The notes under the pieces are model-generated. The model made no database searches and was not told the origin of the DNA. It saw only the letters and a program-made list of their open reading frames with translations. From Candidatus Magasanikbacteria bacterium CG11_big_fil_rev_8_21_14_0_20_39_34 (GTDB lineage: Bacteria; Patescibacteriota; Patescibacteriia; Magasanikbacterales; UBA922), in the NCBI GenBank assembly GCA_002787355.1, contig PCWN01000007.1:184996-248995 (forward strand): a stretch of 64,000 bases of DNA, read 5' to 3'. Shown piece by piece: positions 7,819 through 18,494 of this stretch (its first letter is position 1; every line of letters begins with the position of its first letter). The position numbers and the translations under genes were made by a program.

Positions 7819-9579
7819 ATGAAGACATATTTTGGTATTTCACAAAAGAATTTTTTTCTTTCTATTCTAATTTTACTTGTAATTTTTGCAGGTGTAAGGG
7901 CTTTTTCTTCAGAAAAAGAAAAACTTTCCGAAGAACGCATAGAAAAGGTTAACATTGCCAATGTTGATGATTTTTTACTTTCAGAAAATAGTGTGAGTGT
8001 TGTAGGGGAGGTAGAATCACTTTCACAAGTACAGCTCAAAAGTGAAACAACCGCACAAGTCACTCGGGTAAATGCAAAAATTGGTCAGAAGGTAAGACGT
8101 GGTGATATTCTTTTGTCACTGCGAAATGCAGACTTGGTTGCTCAACTTCAGCAGGCACAAGCAAATATTGAGGATGCACAAATTGGAGTGAAACAATTGG
8201 AAGCAGGATATGAACAGTCACAAATTAAACTTGATGAGTTGCAATCTGGTACTCGAAGCGAGGAACTTGAAATTGCTCAAACCGAAGTTCAAAATGCTGA
8301 GAGGCAGATTGTTATTGCAAAAGAAAAAGCAAATATTGATTTACAGAATCTCTATAACGATATCCCTAACTTTCTTCAGAGTATTTACATTGCTGCAGAC
8401 GATGCCATGAATAGAGAAATTGGAGGTGTATTTTCCAATACCCAAGAATATACGAGTGATTTACCACAACTTGCATTTCAAACATTTGATTCTCAATCAG
8501 AAATTGATGCAGAATGGGGCAGACATCTTGCACGAGTTAAATTAAGAAAATTCAAGCAAGAAATGGATGCACTTCCTGCAGATAATGAATTAAGATACGA
8601 TTATTTAGATACGGCAAAAGGATACATTGCAGAATTTTTACCTATTCTTGAATCTACCAATAAAGCACTCGATGGAGCGGTGGCACTTTCTGAAACAGAA
8701 AGGAATACCATCAAGGCGCAGGTCAATAGTGCTCGAAGTACTATAAATGGAAGTATTCAAAAAATTGACGACTACAAGCATTCCTTTGTAGTACAAGAAA
8801 ATATAAATCAAAATGCTATTACATCAGCAGAAAACAATTTGAAGATCGCACTGAAAAAACTTACCCTTGCACAAGCGGGACCAAGACAAGAACAGGTAAG
8901 CAGTCAGGTATCACAGGTAACACAATCACAGTTAAATATTGAATCTCAAAAAGCACGTGTGAAACAGGCACAAGCGAGTGCTGCGCTTATACAGGCACAG
9001 CTTGCAAAAACAGTGATTCGCAGCCCAATTGATGGAGAGGTGGCATCGATTCCACTCAAGTTAGGAGATTTAGCAACCAATGGAAGTCTTCTTGCCTCAG
9101 TAGTAAATACTGATGGATTCCAAATAAAAGCATATATCAGTGCACAGGATATTAATAGAGTGGCGGTAGGATCAAAGGTACTCTCAGATGGAAATGAAAT
9201 AGGTGAGGTAACTCAACTTTCACCGAGTATTGATCCACTTACAAAAAAAGTTCAACTTGTCATTCCTATAACAGATCCAAATTTTCATGTAGTTGTAGGA
9301 GAATTTATAAATATAGAAATTGTATCTGGAAGTGAAGATGAACAGCTTACCTATCTTATTCCACTGGAAGCGATACAAATAACAAGTACTGGTTCTTATA
9401 TCTACACGCTCGAAAATGATTCAGTGACCAAGAGAAATGAAGTAACGTTAGGCAGAGTGGTAGGAGATAGAGTAGAAGTACTTTTTGGTCTTGATCAGGG
9501 AATGAAAATTCTTTCTTCTGCACGTGGAATTTCAGAAAATCAAAAGGTTCGTTTAGATGATACATATGGATCAAAATAA
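7819..9579 (+). CDS. RND efflux periplasmic adaptor (membrane fusion protein) with long coiled coil
   Basis: Split lipoyl motif GQKVRRGDILL ... IRSPIDGEV. Upstream promoter TTGACA-17-TACACT. Confidence 0.85.
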   Translation: MKTYFGISQKNFFLSILILLVIFAGVRAFSSEKEKLSEERIEKVNIANVDDFLLSENSVSVVGEVESLSQVQLKSETTAQVTRVNAKIGQKVRRGDILLSLRNADLVAQLQQAQANIEDAQIGVKQLEAGYEQSQIKLDELQSGTRSEELEIAQTEVQNAERQIVIAKEKANIDLQNLYNDIPNFLQSIYIAADDAMNREIGGVFSNTQEYTSDLPQLAFQTFDSQSEIDAEWGRHLARVKLRKFKQEMDALPADNELRYDYLDTAKGYIAEFLPILESTNKALDGAVALSETERNTIKAQVNSARSTINGSIQKIDDYKHSFVVQENINQNAITSAENNLKIALKKLTLAQAGPRQEQVSSQVSQVTQSQLNIESQKARVKQAQASAALIQAQLAKTVIRSPIDGEVASIPLKLGDLATNGSLLASVVNTDGFQIKAYISAQDINRVAVGSKVLSDGNEIGEVTQLSPSIDPLTKKVQLVIPITDPNFHVVVGEFINIEIVSGSEDEQLTYLIPLEAIQITSTGSYIYTLENDSVTKRNEVTLGRVVGDRVEVLFGLDQGMKILSSARGISENQKVRLDDTYGSK

Positions 9580-12500
9580 AAAAAGTAAATTTTGGGAATT
9601 TTTTTTAGAGAACTATCAATTTACGTATGTTCTTCTTTTGAGCATTGTGGTACTTGGTATTATTTCTATTGTTACCCTTCCAAAAGAATCTTCACCGGAA
9701 ATAGAAGTACCAATTGGAATTATTACTACTCCATATCCTGGAGCAAATGCAGAAGATGTAGAAGAACTAGTGACTAACCCAATTGAAGACAGACTCTCTG
9801 GATTGGAAGATTTGGATACCTTTAGCTCTGTTTCAAAAAATGGTATTTCTAGTATCACCGTACAGTTTAATATTGATTCGGATCCAGATAAAAAAATTGC
9901 TGATTTGAAGGAAAAAGTGGATGAAGCAAAGGTGGATCTTCCGGAAGATGCAGAAGACCCTATTGTAAAGCAAATAAGTGTCACGGATGATTCCATCCTA
10001 ACATTTGCATTGAGTGGGCCCTATGATGCCAATCAATTAAAAGACTATGCAGAAGATCTGAAAGATGAAATAGAGCAAGTAAGTGGGGTCAATAAGGTAA
10101 ACATTATTGGTGGTCAAGATAGAGAATTTCAGGTTATTGTGAACAAGGCAAAGTTGGATAGTTTTGGTGCAAGTATTCAAGACGTTACCAATTCGGTACG
10201 TGCATCAAATAGTGATATTCCAGCCGGAATAGTTCAATCTGGATCTTCAAATTATACCGTTCGTTTTGCCGGACGTGTGAAGGACATTAATGATCTTAAA
10301 TCTGTTCCTATAAAACAGGCCAATGGGACCGCGATACTTCTTTCAGACGTGGGTGAAGTAGTAGATGGATATAGTCGGGCAAGTACACTTTCTCGTTTAA
10401 GTATTGATGGTGGTGAGCCAAGGCCTTCTATTACCATTTTGGTATTTAAAAATCCCGGTGGAAACATTATTAAAACTGTAAAGGCAGTAGAAGAAAAAAT
10501 TCAATCTGCGAAGGGAAGAATTTTTCCGGAAAATGTAGAGATGGCAACTATTCTCAATAATGCGGATCGAATTAAACTTGATCTTACTAATCTTACCAGA
10601 AGTGGAATTCAAACAATTATTATTATTTTCCTTTTGCTTTATTTCTTTCTTGGTTTTAAGGAGGCTGTTTTAGCTGGGCTTTCTATTCCTTTAACTTTTT
10701 TTATTGGTTTCTTTATCCTCTCTGGTTTGGGATACACACTTAACTTCTTAACACTTTTCTCTCTTATTCTCTCTCTGGGTGTTCTTGTGGACAGTGCTAT
10801 TGTGATTACAGAGGGGATATATGTTTACCTCCAGAAGGGGATGGATGCCAAAAAAGCTTCTCGCTATGCTATCCGAGAATTTAAGTTGCCCCTCATTACA
10901 GGAATTCTCACCACCGTATTTGCCTTTTTACCAATGATGCTTTCATCTGGAATTATAGGTAAGTTTATTGAAACAATACCAATTACTGTTACGAGTGTTT
11001 TGTTTGCATCACTTTTTGTTGCACTTGGTTTGGTAACAACACTTGCTTCTCGTTTTCTTCGTAATGATGAAGATCATCCGGCACATGTTCCAAAAGAACA
11101 TAAAGGAAAGATTGCACAAATTTTTGCCAAAGCAAAAAGTATACAATCTAATAAGAAAACAAAGATTGAACATCTCTACAATTGGTATGCGAGTACTTTG
11201 AACGTCTTTTTAAATTCTGCAAAGAAAAGGAAACAACTCAAATGGGCTCTCATTCTTGGATTTTTTATGAGTGTTGCTCTTGTTCCGCTTCACTTGGTTC
11301 AAGTGAACATGTTTCCTTCATCTGATTTTGAAATTTTTTATGTTGACTTTGAAAAGCCAGTTGGGACTCCACTTCTGACCACAAGTGGTTCTATCTTGGA
11401 TATAGAAAAAATTCTTGAGCAAGATAAAAGAATTGCATCTTTTGTGGTAAACGTTGGTTCTGGATCAGGTGATGGGAGTGTCTCACAGACAACAGAACTT
11501 GGAAGTACACACCTCGGACACTTTATTGTGAAGCTAAAAGATGAGAGGAAAGAAAAAAGCTACGATATCGTGGACAGCTTTGACGAAATGTTAAAAAATT
11601 ATCCATCAGCAAAAATTCGTGTTTGGCAACAAAGTGGTGGTCCACCTTCTGCAGCACCAGTTGAAGTCTCTATTACTGGAGAGTCACTCGATACACTAGA
11701 CGATGTAGCAAGAGAGTTTGAGTCTCTTATAAAGACCATACCAAACACAAAAAATGTTCAAACGAATGTTGAAGATTCTCCTGGAGAATTTGTACTTGGA
11801 ATAGATAGAATAAAAGCACAACTCTATGGTGTTTCTACCGTGCAAATTGCACAAACGTTGCATAATGCTATAAGTGGAACAAAGGCTACCGTAGTGAGAA
11901 AAGATGGAAAGGATATAGATGTATTGGTGAAATATGATTTTTCCAATGGAAGTGAATCAGATCCTACCCAGAACCTCATTTCCCTTGATGCCATTGGAGC
12001 ACTTACGATTGCGACCCCCCAAGGAGATATTCCGTTGATGAACTTTACCAGTAGTCATTTGGAAGCAAATCGATCAGAGATTCCTCATAAAGATGGTGAG
12101 AGAATTGCAAAAGTAAGTAGTGAAACGACGGGAGGGGTTCCCGCACAGGCAATTTTTCAAGAAATTGAAAAAAATATGAGTAGTATAGAGATACCGGATG
12201 GATATACTGTAACTTTGGGAGGAGAGAGGGAAGATATCAATGAATCATTTTCTGATATGTTTCGTGCCATGTTTTTGGCAATATTCTTGATTGCCGCGCT
12301 TTTGGTTTGGCAGTTTAAATCTTTCAGACAGCCATTGTTTATTTTGACAACGATACCACTTTCACTTATTGGAGTGTTACCAGGACTCTTTTTGATGGGA
12401 TTTCCTTTGAGTTTTCCGGGGGTTATTGGTGTTGTTGCGCTTGCCGGAATCGTGGTGAATAATGCTATTATTTTGATAGATAGAATAAATCAAAATAGAA

Positions 12501-12736
12501 ATGAAGGTATGAGTAAGTTGGATGCAGTAAGAGAAGCAGCAAAAACACGATTACAACCGATTTTACTCACGACTATTACTACCATTGCTGGAATATTTCC
12601 ACTTGTGTTTACCAACGACATGTGGGGACCCCTTGCGTACTCTATTATCTTTGGACTTTTATTTTCTACGGTTTCTTCATTGTTGGTCATTCCACTTCTT
12701 TACCAACATTATGGAGAAGAAAACCTTAACTCATAA
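9566..12736 (+). CDS. RND efflux permease (AcrB/SwrC family)
   Basis: ~1056 aa; GVLVDSAIV, GIVVNNAIILID, RLQPILLTT. Confidence 0.95.
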   Translation: MDQNKKSKFWEFFLENYQFTYVLLLSIVVLGIISIVTLPKESSPEIEVPIGIITTPYPGANAEDVEELVTNPIEDRLSGLEDLDTFSSVSKNGISSITVQFNIDSDPDKKIADLKEKVDEAKVDLPEDAEDPIVKQISVTDDSILTFALSGPYDANQLKDYAEDLKDEIEQVSGVNKVNIIGGQDREFQVIVNKAKLDSFGASIQDVTNSVRASNSDIPAGIVQSGSSNYTVRFAGRVKDINDLKSVPIKQANGTAILLSDVGEVVDGYSRASTLSRLSIDGGEPRPSITILVFKNPGGNIIKTVKAVEEKIQSAKGRIFPENVEMATILNNADRIKLDLTNLTRSGIQTIIIIFLLLYFFLGFKEAVLAGLSIPLTFFIGFFILSGLGYTLNFLTLFSLILSLGVLVDSAIVITEGIYVYLQKGMDAKKASRYAIREFKLPLITGILTTVFAFLPMMLSSGIIGKFIETIPITVTSVLFASLFVALGLVTTLASRFLRNDEDHPAHVPKEHKGKIAQIFAKAKSIQSNKKTKIEHLYNWYASTLNVFLNSAKKRKQLKWALILGFFMSVALVPLHLVQVNMFPSSDFEIFYVDFEKPVGTPLLTTSGSILDIEKILEQDKRIASFVVNVGSGSGDGSVSQTTELGSTHLGHFIVKLKDERKEKSYDIVDSFDEMLKNYPSAKIRVWQQSGGPPSAAPVEVSITGESLDTLDDVAREFESLIKTIPNTKNVQTNVEDSPGEFVLGIDRIKAQLYGVSTVQIAQTLHNAISGTKATVVRKDGKDIDVLVKYDFSNGSESDPTQNLISLDAIGALTIATPQGDIPLMNFTSSHLEANRSEIPHKDGERIAKVSSETTGGVPAQAIFQEIEKNMSSIEIPDGYTVTLGGEREDINESFSDMFRAMFLAIFLIAALLVWQFKSFRQPLFILTTIPLSLIGVLPGLFLMGFPLSFPGVIGVVALAGIVVNNAIILIDRINQNRNEGMSKLDAVREAAKTRLQPILLTTITTIAGIFPLVFTNDMWGPLAYSIIFGLLFSTVSSLLVIPLLYQHYGEENLNS

Positions 12737-12753
12737 AGAAAATATTCAAAAAC

Positions 12754-12782
12754 AAAAAAACGAGCAACCCGCTCGTTTTTTT
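12754..12782. terminator. Bidirectional intrinsic terminator
   Basis: AAAAAAACGAGC-AACCC-GCTCGTTTTTTT between convergent genes. Confidence 0.75.
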
Positions 12783-13881
12783 ATGTAACTTTTTCAATGG
12801 TTCCGTCATTTGCATTGAGAAATAATGTATCAAGATTCTGTATATGTGAGAGTAAATTTTCTACTCCCACAATGCATGGTATTTTCATTTCTCGGCAGAT
12901 AATGGCGGCATGAGAGAGAAGACCCCCTTTTTGTGTAGCTATGCCTTTTACTTTTTTCATAATTGGAAGGTAGTCTGGACTTGTCATCTCACATACAAGA
13001 ATAGTGTCTTCCTCAATCTGAGTTTGTAGAATATCATCTACATGTACAATGCGTGCTGTTCCGTACACCTCTCCGGGGTAGGCAGTCTGTCCGGCAAACA
13101 CGTTTTTCTTTTCCTGAGGAATATGTGAAATAACAAAGTCAGCATAGAGGTCACCAAGAATTCTATTATAATCAATATAAAAAAGAGGATATTCAACTGA
13201 ACTGGTTGTTTCAAAATATCCATGAAGATAGTTTTCAGAGAATGCTGCATGAAACGCTTTTGATAAGCTTTGTTGAATATCTATGTCTGGTATATAAATT
13301 TTTGATACCACCATTTTGAGATGTTTTAGAATTTCATCTTCATTTTGGTCACTTAATGACCAATTGTGAAAATCAAATGCAAAACGGATTGGTTTCACAT
13401 TTTCGTAGAAGCCTTGGGTGAGTTGATGATGTCCTCCACGTATAATTTCACCAAATATACCATGAGAATTAACAATAAAAATCGTGCCATAAAGAGGTTG
13501 ATCACTATGAGGGACTATCTCAACTAAATAGTCCTGAGGATCAATGGTTTGTTCATCAAACCATTCCAGAGATTTGGAAACAGAGTGTCCGCGAATACGA
13601 AGTTTGGGAAGGGCATTATTTTGTGGAATAAGGCGGAAAGCACAAAGATCCTGACCATGTGCCCTTAAGTACTGTGTAAAATTTTCTTCTCTCTTTGTAA
13701 TGGATATGGCAAAAAATTTTTCCGGTTTGTCATAGGGGAGATCAATAATATCAGAGAGAAGCGCCAGCCGGTCTCTTTTTGTATTGTCCTCAACTTTGAG
13801 AGCGGAAGCATTTTTGTGACCTAACTTTTCGTACCACTCGGTGAGAGAAATTTGTGTCTGATAAAATTTTTTAATATCCAT
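12781..13881 (-). CDS. Protein with C-terminal PEP-utilising enzyme mobile (phospho-His swivel) domain
   Basis: ILVCEMTSPDY...GGLLSHAAIICREMKIPCIVG; N-terminal ~280 aa unassigned. Confidence 0.8.
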   Translation of the reverse strand: MDIKKFYQTQISLTEWYEKLGHKNASALKVEDNTKRDRLALLSDIIDLPYDKPEKFFAISITKREENFTQYLRAHGQDLCAFRLIPQNNALPKLRIRGHSVSKSLEWFDEQTIDPQDYLVEIVPHSDQPLYGTIFIVNSHGIFGEIIRGGHHQLTQGFYENVKPIRFAFDFHNWSLSDQNEDEILKHLKMVVSKIYIPDIDIQQSLSKAFHAAFSENYLHGYFETTSSVEYPLFYIDYNRILGDLYADFVISHIPQEKKNVFAGQTAYPGEVYGTARIVHVDDILQTQIEEDTILVCEMTSPDYLPIMKKVKGIATQKGGLLSHAAIICREMKIPCIVGVENLLSHIQNLDTLFLNANDGTIEKVT

Positions 13882-13915
13882 ACCGAAATATAAGATTCCG
13901 TCTTTGTGCAAAAAT

Positions 13916-14703
13916 TTATGTTCTAAGATTTTCAAATTCAGAAAAACTTTTATGGAGCTCTTCAAAAAGGATAGGGTACAAAGAAGGATTTGCAGATAAA
14001 ATTTCTTTGTCTTTAATACTCCAGGGATCTCCCTGAATATTGGTTACCTTAGCACCTGCCTCCTGTAAAGCAAGCGCACCAGCTGCATAGTCCCATAAGT
14101 GAGCCCCCTTATGGACCGTCCAGTCTCTTTTGCCTGTGGCTACTAAGAAAAGATCATAACCAAGACAACTAAAAGAATTTATGGTCAGTATATTTCGCTG
14201 TGTCAAATAATATTTAAAATACTCAAAGGCAGAGTATTCAGGCTTGAGCCTCCCAGAAGCTGATGCACTACTATGATTGAGCTCGTTTTCCTGTGTTACA
14301 AAGACTTGTTTCCCATTGAGAAAAGCTCCACCACCTTTTTTGGCAAAGAGGAGTTCATCAAGTTGGGGAAGATAGGTTGCAGAAAGGATATTACAAGTGC
14401 AATAAGAACAGCGTAAATAGGAAGGGAAGTAGAAAAATTAAAAGTGCCGTCAATGGGGTCTACTATCCATACATATTCTGCATCTGCTTGATACTCATCC
14501 ATTTCTTCTGAAATAATCCCATGGTCAGGAAATTCCTTTTGAATGGTTGAGACAATAAAATCATTCGTAGCAAGATCTGCCTGTGTGAGAAGATCACTTT
14601 TGGAAGTTTTTGTAGTCACAACAAGCTTTGTTCCAAAGTATTTTCGAGTTACTTCTCCAGCATCTCTTACAAGTTTTTGTATAAAAATTTCTAAGGTATC
14701 CAT
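13916..14703 (-). pseudogene. Inositol monophosphatase (SuhB-like), frameshifted near 14390
   Basis: N-half has SEE and WIVDPIDGT. After IALV the family sequence continues in another frame (ILSATYLPQLDELLFAKKGGGAFLNG...WDYAAG). Confidence 0.8.
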
Positions 14704-14707
14704 AGGT

Positions 14708-15130
14708 TTAGTTATCAAAAAAATTTTTCCCAGTTTTCAAAGCTTCAAAGTAAGTATCAAGAGCGGCAAAAGTGGGTTGTGGCAGATTGTCCATTGGGTA
14801 CCAGTCCCAAAATTCACATTTTTCTGGTTCCAATACTTTTGGCTCACCACTTTTCCAGTCAGCAATAAGTGCTATATCTACATAGTGTTTGGGAGCATAG
14901 TTTTTTAGATTAAGAAGACGTAGAAAGCGAACATTTTCAATTTCAATGCCCGCCTCTTCCATGGCTTCACGTTTTGCACAGTCTACAATGGATTCCATGT
15001 ATTCAAGGTGTCCTCCCGGCCAAGCGTATTCTCCGGTCCCATGGCTGTTTTTTCGTTTTCCAATAAGAACCTTGTCATCTTTGAGGATCATGACGCCAAT
15101 ACCTACTTTTGGTCTGTTATCTTCATTCAT
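14708..15130 (-). CDS. NUDIX hydrolase (NUDT15/MutT-like)
   Basis: PGGHLEYMESIVDCAKREAMEEAG Nudix box; EPEKC. Confidence 0.9.
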   Translation of the reverse strand: MNEDNRPKVGIGVMILKDDKVLIGKRKNSHGTGEYAWPGGHLEYMESIVDCAKREAMEEAGIEIENVRFLRLLNLKNYAPKHYVDIALIADWKSGEPKVLEPEKCEFWDWYPMDNLPQPTFAALDTYFEALKTGKNFFDN

Positions 15131-15234
15131 ACAGGATTCATTGTACAGGATATTATGGGGCTCTGCAAACCCTTGATTTTCCCTCTAAAATAAGATAGAT
15201 TGGAAGCAATAGAGCTATTTTTTATACCACAAAA

Positions 15235-17028
15235 ATGTCCGATACTCAGCAGATAAAAGAAAAAATTGATATCGTGGAGCTTATCTCAGAATATATAAGT
15301 CTCAAGCCTTCTGGAATCAATCATAAGGGGTTGTGTCCTTTTCATAATGAAAAGAGTCCATCTTTTATGGTAAATAGGGAAAGACAGAGCTGGCATTGTT
15401 TTGGGTGCAATAAGGGAGGAGATGTTTTCACATTTGTAGAGGAAATTGAAGGATTGGATTTTGTAGAGTCACTTCGTCTTTTAGCCAAAAAAGCCGGCAT
15501 TGAGTTAACGACACTGCAAAAGGATGTACACAAAAGCCAAAAAAATAGAATAAAAGATATTAATCGACTGGCGGCAACCTTTTACCATAACTTTCTTATA
15601 AAAATGGCCCCAGCACAGGAAGCTCGAGATTATTTGTTAAATAGGGGAATGACCACAGATACCCTTGAAAAGTGGCAGGTAGGCTATGTTGTAGATCAAT
15701 GGGATCTACTCACAAAATATATGCTCAAAAAAGGGCATAGTATAGATGACCTGGTGGCAAGTGGTCTTACCATAAAAAGAGACAACGCGAATCCGCAAAC
15801 CTTCAAAGGCTTTTACGACCGTTTTCGTGGAAGAATTATTTTTCCTATCCAAAATGTTCATGGTGATGTGGTTGGGTTCACGGCAAGAGTGTTGAAAGAA
15901 AGCAAAGACAGTGGTGGAAAATATATTAATACTCCTCAAACATTAGTTTTTGATAAATCGCAAGTCGTCTTTGGTTTGTATCACGCAAAGAATGCGATTC
16001 GAGCAGAAAAACTTGCTATTTTCGTAGAAGGGCAAACGGACGTGATAAGTTGCCACCAAGCAGGCAGTAGCAATGTCGTGGCAACAAGTGGTACGGCGCT
16101 TACTCAAGGGCATATAAAGCTTATAAAACGCTATTCCAATAACATTGCCTTTTGTTTTGATGCCGATAGTGCCGGGATAGATGCAGCCAAAAGAGCGATT
16201 GGGATTGCTTTGGAGGAAGGACTCAATGTAAAGATCATTCGTATTGCGCGAGAAATGGGAAAAGACCCGGATGAGGTGATAAAAAAAGATAGAGCGTTAT
16301 GGACATCACTTGTAGAAAATGCCCAAGATGTCATGTCTTGGTATTTCCAGATTGCTTTTCAAAGGAGTGATTTATCAAATCCAAAAATAAAGCAGGAGAT
16401 AGCCAATGAGCTTTTGCCGGAAATTAAGAAGATTCCCTATGCTGTCGAGAGAGAACATTGGATACAGGAATTGAGCAATCGTGTGGGGGTGGAGATATCG
16501 GTACTCAAGGATGAGATGGCTCGTTTTGATCTAAAAAAAGAGACTTTTCAGCCGGTTTCTGAGAAAAAAAAGGCGCCACAAGTGCCTCTCAAACCTCAGA
16601 AAAGATCTGATTTATTGATTGAGCGTTTTTTATCCATTACCCTCAAATATCTCAAAACATTTGATTCTCAACAGATTTCAGCAAAAATGGATGAGGCTTT
16701 ATCCACATCTTCATTTGGCCCTCTTTACTTAGCCATAAAAAAGGGGTATAATGACGGGCAGCTTAGTATAGATATACTTCGAGAAAGCTGTGATCAAAAA
16801 ACCTCTGAAAATCCTGTAGATATCCTACTGCTCAGGGCAGATTTGGATTTTTCTGATTATAATGAGGGGATAGCACAGGAAGAGTCGAAAAAATTGCTTT
16901 TTCAAATAGAGCGTGAATGGGAAAAAGAAAGACGAAAACTTTTGGAATCCCAAATACAAAGCGCAGAAAGTGCTAAAGACAAGACACGTCTTGATGAACT
17001 GATGAGAGCACTTATTTCCTTAGATTAA
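15235..17028 (+). CDS. dnaG: DNA primase
   Basis: CPFHNEKSPSF zinc finger, KYINTP, VEGQTD, FDADSAG Toprim. Confidence 0.97.
   Translation: MSDTQQIKEKIDIVELISEYISLKPSGINHKGLCPFHNEKSPSFMVNRERQSWHCFGCNKGGDVFTFVEEIEGLDFVESLRLLAKKAGIELTTLQKDVHKSQKNRIKDINRLAATFYHNFLIKMAPAQEARDYLLNRGMTTDTLEKWQVGYVVDQWDLLTKYMLKKGHSIDDLVASGLTIKRDNANPQTFKGFYDRFRGRIIFPIQNVHGDVVGFTARVLKESKDSGGKYINTPQTLVFDKSQVVFGLYHAKNAIRAEKLAIFVEGQTDVISCHQAGSSNVVATSGTALTQGHIKLIKRYSNNIAFCFDADSAGIDAAKRAIGIALEEGLNVKIIRIAREMGKDPDEVIKKDRALWTSLVENAQDVMSWYFQIAFQRSDLSNPKIKQEIANELLPEIKKIPYAVEREHWIQELSNRVGVEISVLKDEMARFDLKKETFQPVSEKKKAPQVPLKPQKRSDLLIERFLSITLKYLKTFDSQQISAKMDEALSTSSFGPLYLAIKKGYNDGQLSIDILRESCDQKTSENPVDILLLRADLDFSDYNEGIAQEESKKLLFQIEREWEKERRKLLESQIQSAESAKDKTRLDELMRALISLD
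16724..16752 (+). promoter_or_regulatory. Possible rpoD promoter internal to dnaG
   Basis: TTTACT-17 nt-TATAAT about 300 nt upstream of rpoD. Confidence 0.35.
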
Positions 17029-17051
17029 TTTCTTAGTATAATTTTTAAAAC

Positions 17052-18431
17052 ATGCCTCCAAGAAAGAAGGCCACAACTCAAAGTAAAAAAACTACGAAAA
17101 AAATCGTAGCAAAAAATGTCGCAGTACAAAAGAGGGCAAGTAGCAAAAAGTCTACCGCCAAAAAAACTTCTTCCGCGACAAAAACATCACCAAAGTCTCA
17201 GACAAAAAACCAAAGCAAGGTTATCAAAAAGACCCCAAGTAAAAAGCCACAACCTGCAAAAAAAGCCGTGAGAGCGAGAAAATCTCATGCTGCAAAATCA
17301 CAACCTAAAAAAGTTGTTATAGATAGCACTCCAGTGGTAGAACCAGAACTTGAGCGCTTGTTTGCGCTTCTTGAAAAAGGAAGAGGAAGAGGGTTTCTTA
17401 CGGAAATTGAAGTAGAGACTCTTTTTCCACGTGTAGAGCATTACATTCCAACCTATGAGGCATTTTTGGATATGCTTGACGGCAATAGTGTGGCGATTGT
17501 ACAAACAGGAGATGGAATGCTTGGGAGAAGTAGTCAGGTAAAAGAGTTTTTGCCAAAAGGAGATGAGAGTTCACAATCAAAGGCACAAAAAATTGACTAT
17601 AAGAATCTTTCTCGCGATTCTATTCAGATGTATTTGCGAGAAATTGGAAAAATCAGCCTGCTTACTGCCGAGCAAGAAGTTTCACTTGCAAAGCGCAAGG
17701 AACGTGGAGACAAGGATGCAGAGCAAAAAATGATCGAGGCGAACCTTCGTTTGGTTGTGTCCATTGCCAAAAAATTTGTTGGAAAGCGTCTCTCACTTTT
17801 GGACTTGATTCAAGAAGGGAATATTGGTCTTTTTCGAGCCGTAAAGAAATTTGATTATCGTAAAGGATACAAATTTTCTACGTATGCTACATGGTGGATA
17901 CGTCAGGCGATTACTCGTGCACTTGCTGACCAGTCTCGTACTATACGTATTCCGGTTCATATGGTGGAAACCATTAACCGGTTTGTACAGATTTCTCGAC
18001 GACTTCTTCAAGATTTGGGACGAAAGGCAACTCCTGAGGAGCTTGCTGCAGAAATGGGACAAGATCTCCAAAAGATTAATCACATTATCAAAATTTCTCA
18101 AGAAACTATTTCTCTTGAAACCTCCATTGGAGACGATGATGATGATTCACCACTTTCTGCATTTATCGAAGATGTAAAAACAGTAAGTCCTTCACAGGTA
18201 GCAGGGAGACAATTGCTTAAGGAATATATAAGTGAAGCGATTACACAACTTTCCCCAAGAGAACAAAAAATTCTGGAAATGCGTTTTGGTCTCACAGACG
18301 GAGTAACTCATACTTTGGAAGAAGTAGGAAAAGAATTTGACGTGACGCGTGAACGTATTCGTCAGATTGAGGCAAAGGCTATTGAAAAAATTCAAACATT
18401 TGAAGTAATCCAAAAACTAAGAGATTACTAA
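17052..18431 (+). CDS. rpoD: Primary sigma factor with Lys-rich N-terminal extension
   Basis: [51 protein letters not shown]. Confidence 0.97.
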   Translation: MPPRKKATTQSKKTTKKIVAKNVAVQKRASSKKSTAKKTSSATKTSPKSQTKNQSKVIKKTPSKKPQPAKKAVRARKSHAAKSQPKKVVIDSTPVVEPELERLFALLEKGRGRGFLTEIEVETLFPRVEHYIPTYEAFLDMLDGNSVAIVQTGDGMLGRSSQVKEFLPKGDESSQSKAQKIDYKNLSRDSIQMYLREIGKISLLTAEQEVSLAKRKERGDKDAEQKMIEANLRLVVSIAKKFVGKRLSLLDLIQEGNIGLFRAVKKFDYRKGYKFSTYATWWIRQAITRALADQSRTIRIPVHMVETINRFVQISRRLLQDLGRKATPEELAAEMGQDLQKINHIIKISQETISLETSIGDDDDDSPLSAFIEDVKTVSPSQVAGRQLLKEYISEAITQLSPREQKILEMRFGLTDGVTHTLEEVGKEFDVTRERIRQIEAKAIEKIQTFEVIQKLRDY

Positions 18432-18446
18432 AATCCCTTTGAAAAT

Positions 18447-18475
18447 AAAAAAACCAGTGCTGAACTGGTTTTTTT
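18447..18475. terminator. Bidirectional intrinsic terminator
   Basis: AAAAAAACCAG-TGCTGAA-CTGGTTTTTTT. Confidence 0.7.
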
Positions 18476-18494
18476 ATTTTTGAGAGGGTTGAAA

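Noticed and set aside
16699-16707. Perfect DnaA box TTATCCACA inside dnaG
   Set aside because: Single copy in coding sequence with no box cluster or unwinding element, so it is not evidence for oriC.
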